From an uncultured Lentimicrobiaceae bacterium (GTDB lineage: Bacteria; Bacteroidota; Bacteroidia; Bacteroidales; DASVHX01): a stretch of 64,000 nucleotides of DNA. The stretch is taken from the NCBI GenBank assembly GCA_964511085.1, contig CAZEDO010000001.1, positions 39,942-103,941 of the forward strand, written 5' to 3'. This document shows positions 57,406 through 64,000 of this stretch, piece by piece. Both the position numbers and the translations under genes were made by a program. The notes beneath the pieces are model-generated. The model was not told the origin of the DNA and searched no databases. It was given only the letters and a program-made list of their open reading frames with translations. How positions within the stretch are numbered: the stretch's first letter is position 1; each line of letters starts with the position of its first letter.

Positions 57406-59490
57406 TTATTTTGTGAGTACAATTTTATAGGTAGCAAAAGTACCATCAGCAGAAACAACCTTTATATTATAAATCCCCGGTGCATTTCCTGACAAGTCAA
57501 TAATCATTTTATCCGAAAAGTTATCATTCCTGGTATAAACGCATTGGCCTGTAGAATTCAACATGGATATTTCAGAAACTGAACTTATTACAGAAGGAGC
57601 CAGTTCGAACACAAATCGTCCTGCCGTTGGGTTAGGATATATTTTACAGGATGCGGATGTAATTGAAGATATTCCTTCGTGTAGTACGAAATTTGCTACC
57701 AGATCCCGGTTAGCTGAAGCTACGAAGCTATATGCGGCAGTTGTGGCTACCTCAGTTCCTCCTTCTGTCCAGTTTACGAAGTCATAAGTTGCAGCCGCAG
57801 TAGCAGTCAGATCAACCACTTCCCACGTAGAGTATGTGCCGCCGCCGGTTGTTGTTCCGCCTTCAGCCGGACTGGATGCCGTTGAAATAGTATAATTCTG
57901 TATTGCTATCAAATCAGTTTTAGGAATCATTGCATAATTCTGACGGTTTTCCTGTGGATCGTGATCAGGGACAGTACTTAAAGTAAGTCCGGGGCTATCG
58001 TCGGCATTATACATCAGATGAATATTTCCATCTGTATTAGCAGTTAACTGAGGATAAATACATTCGTCATAGGCATGGATAGGACTACTTGTTCCATCAT
58101 AAAAATCGCCCCATGTAGCACCACCATCAGCAGAAGCCCGCAGCCAGATATGTTTGTAATTAAAAACAGTATTATCGTAATTTTCCATCAGGGAAGCATA
58201 AGCTACTATTACATCATTGGCTTCATCAACAGTAATAGTTGGCATTGTTGAAATTCCAATCTGAGGATTGTATGAGTACAGAGGATCTATAAAAGTAGTT
58301 ACACCATCAGCGTCCATATCCTGTGCCCAACCAATATAATTTACATTTTCAACAAGGAATCCGGGGTCAGTACAAAGAGCCTTATGCTGATTTTCATTGG
58401 TAAAAGGAGGCATATCCTCATTCCAGTAACCAATACCATCGGTATATGGCCAGAAACTATAGGTTGTTGTTATATCGGGATGAGCAACCCTTCCGATACC
58501 GAAGGCTACATGAGCTTTACCATTATAGTCCAGAGTAACACTGGCTGATTCCGGAGCCCAAAGAGTATCAGTTGTTTGAGTAGCGGCAAAATCAAATAAT
58601 GGATAAGGATTCTCCCAGATAACAGTTTTTGTCCAGGTATCACCATTGTCAGTCGATTTCATAAGAAACAAGTCCATCCAAGGGCTGGCACATACAAAAG
58701 CAAGCGTGTTTGCACGAGGTTGAGCCCAAATATAATCGTCAGCACTGATTTGAAAATAACTATCGGCACCTGTGCCTGGAATTACCTGATACTCGATATC
58801 CCAGGTAGCACCGGCATCCTGCGAACGGGAATACAGCAGAGCTGTAGGTTGTCCTTCCCATGCATTATATGAATTTGAAAACAGATGAATTGTATTATGA
58901 TCATCACCGGCAGTCATAACTCTTGGCCATGTCAATTTTGTTCCTGTAGGCCCGGTCAAAGTAGATTCTGTCCACGTTCCGGTTCCTTTTTCCGAACGCG
59001 TGCTGACCATTAACTTGCCACCGGCAGCATCATGAGATACTATAATTTCTCCATTAGCACCCAAAGGAGCATAGGAAGGCCATCCTGTACGTAAAGATTC
59101 TACACGGGCAGTGGGCTCAGGACCCCAACTTGTACCATCAAAATAGTTGTAACCGGTTCCTCTGTCGGGCCAACTTCCAGCAGCTGTCATACCTCTCGTC
59201 CAAACAACGGCCATGGTTCCGTCGCCATAATGGTAAAAACGATTACTAAGGGAACCATTTGTCTGCTGATCATACCATGTAGTTCCAACCTGAGTTTCGT
59301 CAGCACCCATTACCCGGTTTACTGTTGGGTTTGCAGGTTGTGTGAAAATAAATGAAGATTCATCAGTAGCAGGAGCGTAAACCCGCTGAACTGATTTGTT
59401 TTTAAGGGTACTTGAAATACGGGCCCTGGTCTGAGAAAATGCACAAACAGTCATACTTAAGGCCAAACTTAATAGTAATAGTTTTTTCAT
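57406..59490 (-). CDS. BNR/Asp-box beta-propeller + InlB-B-repeat-like (Flg_new_2-type) domain + T9SS C-terminal sorting domain protein (paralog 3 of 4)
   Basis: 694 aa with signal peptide MKKLLLLSLALSMTVCAFSQ. Asp-boxes are SRSQDAGATWD, KSTDNGDTWTK and ASADGGATWGD. An extra ~75-aa module is present: GGTTTGGGTYSTWEVVDLTATAAATYDFVNWTEGGTEVATTAAYSFVASANRDLVANF. The C-terminus reads KIYPNPTAGRFVFEL...GIYNIKVVSADGTFATYKIVL. Confidence 0.85.
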   Translation of the reverse strand: MKKLLLLSLALSMTVCAFSQTRARISSTLKNKSVQRVYAPATDESSFIFTQPANPTVNRVMGADETQVGTTWYDQQTNGSLSNRFYHYGDGTMAVVWTRGMTAAGSWPDRGTGYNYFDGTSWGPEPTARVESLRTGWPSYAPLGANGEIIVSHDAAGGKLMVSTRSEKGTGTWTESTLTGPTGTKLTWPRVMTAGDDHNTIHLFSNSYNAWEGQPTALLYSRSQDAGATWDIEYQVIPGTGADSYFQISADDYIWAQPRANTLAFVCASPWMDLFLMKSTDNGDTWTKTVIWENPYPLFDFAATQTTDTLWAPESASVTLDYNGKAHVAFGIGRVAHPDITTTYSFWPYTDGIGYWNEDMPPFTNENQHKALCTDPGFLVENVNYIGWAQDMDADGVTTFIDPLYSYNPQIGISTMPTITVDEANDVIVAYASLMENYDNTVFNYKHIWLRASADGGATWGDFYDGTSSPIHAYDECIYPQLTANTDGNIHLMYNADDSPGLTLSTVPDHDPQENRQNYAMIPKTDLIAIQNYTISTASSPAEGGTTTGGGTYSTWEVVDLTATAAATYDFVNWTEGGTEVATTAAYSFVASANRDLVANFVLHEGISSITSASCKIYPNPTAGRFVFELAPSVISSVSEISMLNSTGQCVYTRNDNFSDKMIIDLSGNAPGIYNIKVVSADGTFATYKIVLTK
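57513..58332. repeat. 820-bp block identical to 59800-60619 (copy 1)
   Basis: The offset is 2287 nt. I located the first mismatches on each side, at 57512/59799 and 58333/60620. About ten sequence lines spot-checked in between were identical. The encoded 273 aa are identical in both ORF translations. Confidence 0.85.
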
Positions 59491-59545
59491 GTCATTTTTG
59501 GTTTAGGTGAACATTGATTTTGTGAGAAGAAGTTTTTATGTGGTA

Positions 59546-59553
59546 CAAATTTA
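59546..59553 (-). promoter_or_regulatory. -7 box (TAnnTTTG) for paralog 3
   Basis: The minus strand reads TAAATTTG, 56-63 nt upstream of the ATG at 59490. Confidence 0.45.
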
Positions 59554-59625
59554 AAAAAATAAACAAGAAATATAGCATTCGCTATATATAAAAATCATCC
59601 ACTACTTATTTTTGCAAGTCGCCTC

Positions 59626-59662
59626 AAAAAAAAGAAGTGCAGGTGAGTTAGCCTGCACTTCT
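59626..59662 (-). terminator. Rho-independent terminator of paralog 4
   Basis: Stem agaagtgcagg / cctgcacttct (11 bp) with loop tgagttag, and an A-run at 59626-59633 (a T-run on the minus strand). It is near-identical to the paralog 3 terminator. Confidence 0.8.
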
Positions 59663-59692
59663 GATTCAGAAAAAATCTCAGAATAAATATTC

Positions 59693-61771
59693 CTATTTAG
59701 TTAGTACAATTTTGTATGTAGTGAATATGCCATCAGCAGAAACAACCCTTATATTATAAATCCCCGGGGCTTTTCCTGACAAGTCGATAATCATTTTACC
59801 CGAAAAGTTATCATTCCTGGTATAAACGCATTGGCCTGTAGAATTCAACATGGATATTTCAGAAACTGAACTTATTACAGAAGGAGCCAGTTCGAACACA
59901 AATCGTCCTGCCGTTGGGTTAGGATATATTTTACAGGATGCGGATGTAATTGAAGATATTCCTTCGTGTAGTACGAAATTTGCTACCAGATCCCGGTTAG
60001 CTGAAGCTACGAAGCTATATGCGGCAGTTGTGGCTACCTCAGTTCCTCCTTCTGTCCAGTTTACGAAGTCATAAGTTGCAGCCGCAGTAGCAGTCAGATC
60101 AACCACTTCCCACGTAGAGTATGTGCCGCCGCCGGTTGTTGTTCCGCCTTCAGCCGGACTGGATGCCGTTGAAATAGTATAATTCTGTATTGCTATCAAA
60201 TCAGTTTTAGGAATCATTGCATAATTCTGACGGTTTTCCTGTGGATCGTGATCAGGGACAGTACTTAAAGTAAGTCCGGGGCTATCGTCGGCATTATACA
60301 TCAGATGAATATTTCCATCTGTATTAGCAGTTAACTGAGGATAAATACATTCGTCATAGGCATGGATAGGACTACTTGTTCCATCATAAAAATCGCCCCA
60401 TGTAGCACCACCATCAGCAGAAGCCCGCAGCCAGATATGTTTGTAATTAAAAACAGTATTATCGTAATTTTCCATCAGGGAAGCATAAGCTACTATTACA
60501 TCATTGGCTTCATCAACAGTAATAGTTGGCATTGTTGAAATTCCAATCTGAGGATTGTATGAGTACAGAGGATCTATAAAAGTAGTTACACCATCAGCGT
60601 CCATATCCTGTGCCCAACCTATATAATTTACATTTTCAACCAGGAAGCCTGGGTCAGTGCAAAGTGCCTTATGCTGATTGTCATTGGTGAAAGGAGGCAT
60701 ATCCTCATTCCAGTAACCAACTCCATCGGTATATGGCCAGAAACTATATGTTGTGGTTACTTCGGGATGAGCAACCCTTCCAATACCAAAGGCTACATGG
60801 GCTTTTCCAGTATAGTCCAAAGCAACGGTAACAGATTCAGGAGCCCAAATAGTATCAGTTGTAAGTGTTATGGCAAAATCAAAGAAAGGATATGGGTTTT
60901 CCCAGATCACAGTTTTGGTCCAGTTGTCGCCACCGTCAATTGATTTCATCAGAAACAGATCAATCCATGGGCTGCCACAAACAAAAGCTAGTGTATTGGC
61001 ACGAGGTTCGGCCCAAACATATTGGTCAGCACTAATTTGAAGATAGCTATCAGAACCAGTACCAGGTATAACCAGATTACTAATATCCCACGTAGCTCCT
61101 GCATCCTGTGAACGGGAATACAGGACAGCTGTAGTCTGTCCCTCATAAGCTGTATATGAGTTAGCCAATAGATGAATAGTATTGTGATCTGTTCCGGCAG
61201 TAACCACGCGTGGCCATGTCAATGTGTTTGTAGCGGTAGGTCCTACATAAGCAGTTTCAGTCCATGCCCCGGTTCCTTTTTGAGCACGGGTGCAGATGTT
61301 TAAATTAGATGCCTGGTGAGCAACTACTATTTCTCCGTTTGCTCCAAGAGGCGCATATGAAGGCCATCCTGTGCGCAAAGCAGCTTCTATACGGGCAGTA
61401 GGCTCAGGTCCCCAACTTGCACCATCAAAGTAATTGTAACCTGTTCCCCTGTCAGCGTAAGCGGTAGGTGTCATTCCTCTTGTCCAAATCGATGCCATTG
61501 TTCCATCTTCATAGCGGTAAAAACGGTTGCTGAGTGAAGCATTTGTTTGTTTGTCGTAAAAAGTTGTGCCCATTTGTGTTTCGTCAGGAGCCAATGCCTT
61601 CTTTTCGGTCGGGTTTACCTGTTGGGTAGAAACAGTGGACTCATCGTTAACAGGCGTAAACTCACGCTGAACCGATTTGTTTCTCAGGGATGGTGAAAGA
61701 TGCGCCCTGGTCTGTGAAAACGCGCTAACTGTTAGGCCTATAGCCAAACTTAATAGTAATAGTTTTTTCAT
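59693..61771 (-). CDS. BNR/Asp-box beta-propeller + InlB-B-repeat-like domain + T9SS C-terminal sorting domain protein (paralog 4 of 4)
   Basis: The start is set at MKKLLLLSLAIGLTVSAFSQ. Asp-boxes are SRSQDAGATWD, KSIDGGDNWTK and ASADGGATWGD. Within its C-terminal region, a 273-aa block is identical to paralog 3; the last ~35 residues differ at a few positions. The N-terminal ~400 aa is diverged. Confidence 0.85.
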   Translation of the reverse strand: MKKLLLLSLAIGLTVSAFSQTRAHLSPSLRNKSVQREFTPVNDESTVSTQQVNPTEKKALAPDETQMGTTFYDKQTNASLSNRFYRYEDGTMASIWTRGMTPTAYADRGTGYNYFDGASWGPEPTARIEAALRTGWPSYAPLGANGEIVVAHQASNLNICTRAQKGTGAWTETAYVGPTATNTLTWPRVVTAGTDHNTIHLLANSYTAYEGQTTAVLYSRSQDAGATWDISNLVIPGTGSDSYLQISADQYVWAEPRANTLAFVCGSPWIDLFLMKSIDGGDNWTKTVIWENPYPFFDFAITLTTDTIWAPESVTVALDYTGKAHVAFGIGRVAHPEVTTTYSFWPYTDGVGYWNEDMPPFTNDNQHKALCTDPGFLVENVNYIGWAQDMDADGVTTFIDPLYSYNPQIGISTMPTITVDEANDVIVAYASLMENYDNTVFNYKHIWLRASADGGATWGDFYDGTSSPIHAYDECIYPQLTANTDGNIHLMYNADDSPGLTLSTVPDHDPQENRQNYAMIPKTDLIAIQNYTISTASSPAEGGTTTGGGTYSTWEVVDLTATAAATYDFVNWTEGGTEVATTAAYSFVASANRDLVANFVLHEGISSITSASCKIYPNPTAGRFVFELAPSVISSVSEISMLNSTGQCVYTRNDNFSGKMIIDLSGKAPGIYNIRVVSADGIFTTYKIVLTK
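59800..60619. repeat. 820-bp block identical to 57513-58332 (copy 2)
   Basis: See copy 1. Confidence 0.85.
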
Positions 61772-61826
61772 GCTGATTGATTTTAGGTTGAACAATTATT
61801 TATTGAGAAGAGATAATTTTAACTGA

Positions 61827-61834
61827 CAAATCTA
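61827..61834 (-). promoter_or_regulatory. -7 box (TAnnTTTG) for paralog 4
   Basis: The minus strand reads TAGATTTG, 56-63 nt upstream of the ATG at 61771. Confidence 0.45.
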
Positions 61835-61958
61835 TATATAAAAATTGAGTATAATACATATTTTTCATATTTAATAACATCAATGAAAATGAGATTTCAT
61901 CAAAACAACCGGGAATGCTGTAAAACAGCAATTTAGCATGCACCAGCTTATAAGGAGC

Positions 61959-63161
61959 TTATTGCTGTTTACCGCTTTTTAGCACCTGTTCGCGCGTATC
62001 AACCGGGATTATAGTGCTTCGATGAGCTTCCTGCCCGTCAGTGAAAAGCTTACGATATGTGATATGCCTTTTGGCAAATCTGCCACCAACTGCTTCATGA
62101 AGTTGCCGCATTTTTGGATTGAAATCGCCAACCCATGATAATTCAACCTCATGGATGTTGTGGTGTTTTTTCATCACGGAGTCCAATTGCCAGAAAATGC
62201 CGGATTCCACTCCTGATCGTTGATACTTTGGCGCTACTCCCATAATAGTAATTCGGCTTCGGGTAAAACCCTGAAACTTTTTATAATAAACAAACCTGAG
62301 TTTATTCAACAGGTTCATCTTTCCATTGAAATGCTTTAATATTTCATTTGCATCAGGCAACATAACAAGGAAGGCAATAGGATTGTTTTCGGTGTAAACA
62401 AACCAGATCATTTCCTCAACAATGATAGATTTGGCCTCCAGCATTGATGTCCGCATATCTTCCATTTTTATTGGTGTAAAATTCTCATGAAACTGCCACG
62501 CATCGTCGTAAACAGTTTTGAGATCTATCAGGAATTTATCAGCTTCTTTCCAGGTAAAATGCCTGAAGGTATATTCCTTCTTATTATTAACCCATTCAGC
62601 AATTTTCCAGAAACGCTCCGGAAAAGGTTTGGTCATATCCAGATGATTTGTAACCTGTTCATAGTAGAAAGCAAATCCATAATCTTCAAAGAATTTCCGG
62701 TAGTAAGGAGGATTGAAATTCATGCCATAGCTTGGGTGTGTGAATCCATCTACCAGCAATCCCCAAAAATTGTCGTTCTCCCCGAAATTAATCGGACCAT
62801 CCATAGCCTTCATTCCGCGCTCCTCAAGCCATTTCCTGCTAGTCTCAAATAGCAGGTTTGCAGCCTGACTATCCTCGATACATTCGAAAAACCCCATCCC
62901 TCCTGTTGGCTGTTCATAATTAAATGCTTTGTTTCTGTTGATAAATGCTGCAACCCTTCCAATCAGTTTTCCATCATCGTCTTCCAGCAACCAGCGTGTG
63001 GCCTCGCCATGACTGAAGAAATCATTTTTTGAAGGATCAAAAATGGATTCTATAGAAATATCGAGAGGGCGGACGTAAACATTGTTGTTATTGTAAACAA
63101 CCGCGACAACATCCAGAAACCGCCTGGCAGTATGCTTGTCACAAACTTCTATAAGTTTCAT
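61959..63161 (-). CDS. GNAT-fold N-acyltransferase-like protein (two-domain, ~400 aa family)
   Basis: 400 aa. The pattern FLDVVAVVYNNNNVYVRPLDISIESIFDP...GRVAAFINRN...GGMGFFECIED...MDGPINFGEND matches a conserved Bacteroidota GNAT-like family as I remember it. No catalytic assignment is possible. Confidence 0.5.
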   Translation of the reverse strand: MKLIEVCDKHTARRFLDVVAVVYNNNNVYVRPLDISIESIFDPSKNDFFSHGEATRWLLEDDDGKLIGRVAAFINRNKAFNYEQPTGGMGFFECIEDSQAANLLFETSRKWLEERGMKAMDGPINFGENDNFWGLLVDGFTHPSYGMNFNPPYYRKFFEDYGFAFYYEQVTNHLDMTKPFPERFWKIAEWVNNKKEYTFRHFTWKEADKFLIDLKTVYDDAWQFHENFTPIKMEDMRTSMLEAKSIIVEEMIWFVYTENNPIAFLVMLPDANEILKHFNGKMNLLNKLRFVYYKKFQGFTRSRITIMGVAPKYQRSGVESGIFWQLDSVMKKHHNIHEVELSWVGDFNPKMRQLHEAVGGRFAKRHITYRKLFTDGQEAHRSTIIPVDTREQVLKSGKQQ

Positions 63162-63330
63162 GAAAAAAAGGTTACTTAATTATGTGTTTTTATATTTTCA
63201 GAGTACGGGCAAATATATATAAAAATCTAAGGTAAGCAGTTAGCTTAGGAGCCCAAGCGAATTAATTTGCTTTATCAGCATCAATAATACATTGCCTGTG
63301 GCCGTTTGATCCATATGCTTTATCTTTGCC

Positions 63331-63338
63331 TGCCAGAG
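63331..63338 (+). promoter_or_regulatory. -7 box (TAnnTTTG) upstream of the LptF/LptG-family gene
   Basis: TATCTTTG ends 21 nt before the ATG at 63360. Confidence 0.35.
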
Positions 63339-63359
63339 CATCTTTAATTATGAAAAAAA

Positions 63360-64000
63360 TCTACATACTTGTTCTTCGATCTTATATCGGACCACTGTTG
63401 ATGACTTTTTTCATCGCCGTTTTTATACTGTTAATGCAATTTCTCTGGAAATATGTGGATGACCTTGTAGGCAAAGGGCTGGAATGGGACATTATAGCCA
63501 AACTACTGTTTTATGCATCCTTCACTTTTGTCCCAATGTCCCTTCCTCTTTCCATACTCCTGGCATCTCTGATGACTTTTGGCAATCTGGGAGAGCGCTA
63601 TGAGTTAGTTGCTATCAAAGCAGCAGGGATTTCACTGCGTTGGGTAATGATGCCACTTGTAATTTTATCTGTTGTTATCAGCATACTGGCGTTTTTTTAC
63701 TCTAACAATGTGTTGCCCGTTGCTAATCTCAAGTTTAAATCCATTCTTTATGATGTAACCCAACAAAAACTTGCACTTAATCTAAAGGAGGGCGTATTTT
63801 ACAATGGAATAAGCGGATATGTTATGCGCATTGGCAAAAAAGATGCTGATAACGTTACAATCCATAAAATGATGATCTATGATCATTCAGCCAACAAGGG
63901 CAATACCAAGCTAACTATTGCTGACTCTGGCCGAATGGAGCAGTCGTCCGATGGCAGGTTCCTGGTTCTTACTCTATGGAATGGCTATAACTATGAAGAA
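63360..64000 (+). CDS. LptF/LptG (YjgP/YjgQ) family permease, 3'-partial. Not in the supplied ORF track because it runs off the window
   Basis: I translated it by hand: MKKIYILVLRSYIGPLLMTFFIAVFILLMQFLWKYVDDLVGKGLEWDIIAKLLFYASFTFVPMSLPLSILLASLMTFGNLGERYELVAIKAAGISL... There is no in-frame stop up to nt 64000. The N-terminal pattern is typical of LptF/LptG permeases. Confidence 0.8.

Noticed and set aside
57563-57787. Two identical 74-aa plus-strand ORFs (57563-57787 and 59850-60074) that at first look like a conserved small gene
   Set aside because: Their identity is a by-product of lying inside the 820-bp identical block of the minus-strand paralogs. They are antisense to well-supported CDSs.

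Overview
The window looks like a chromosomal segment from a Bacteroidota-type genome. The evidence is seven proteins ending in T9SS C-terminal sorting domains, gldF/gldG gliding-ABC genes, TAnnTTTG -7 promoter boxes and an absence of Shine-Dalgarno sites. All calls come from reading the sequence and the ORF translations by eye. No database, HMM or folding tool was run, so family names are motif-level recognitions.

Gene content, left to right:
- A 5'-truncated giant T9SS cargo protein.
- A minus-strand block of two very large paralogous signalling proteins followed by a glutamate dehydrogenase gene. The paralogs are built as (PAS-GAF-)degenerate REC-REC-PPDK_N-type ATP-grasp-unknown C-terminal domain. 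A second, divergently transcribed glutamate dehydrogenase gene faces the block.
- An AT-rich surface-polysaccharide locus, about 12 kb: Wzy-like protein, two GT4 glycosyltransferases, deacetylase-like protein, SGNH-like protein, FemAB/GNAT-like protein, Wzx flippase, MBOAT acyltransferase and a 4-epimerase. A dienelactone-hydrolase cassette sits in it, bracketed by a perfect 126-bp direct repeat that duplicates the epimerase 3' end.
- DUF4340-gldG-gldF, a SAM hydroxide adenosyltransferase (DUF62), phoH, an ftsB-like gene, DUF4468, a 5'-nucleotidase and an amidohydrolase.
- A compact mevalonate-pathway operon: HMG-CoA reductase, GYDIA-type kinase, diphosphomevalonate decarboxylase, mevalonate kinase.
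- Adenine deaminase, an ArsR regulator, an Ig-like lipoprotein, M1 and M28 T9SS peptidases, a NodB deacetylase, a DUF2723 membrane glycosyltransferase-like protein, gpmA and a metallophosphoesterase.
- Four tandem, individually promoted and terminated BNR/Asp-box beta-propeller T9SS cargo paralogs. Two of them share an 820-bp block of perfect identity.
- A GNAT-like protein and a 3'-truncated LptF/LptG-family permease.

No rRNA, tRNA, CRISPR array, transposase or integrase was recognised.

Most interesting observations:
1. The twin REC-ATP-grasp proteins lack a canonical phosphohistidine swivel domain and are sandwiched between two GDH isoenzymes.
2. The mosaic, gene-converted BNR paralog array.
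3. The repeat-bracketed hydrolase cassette.
4. A small family of intergenic elements built from inverted heptamer clusters, all oriented the same way relative to the downstream gene.
5. A GHMP kinase whose conserved N-terminus lies upstream of any ATG/GTG/TTG.
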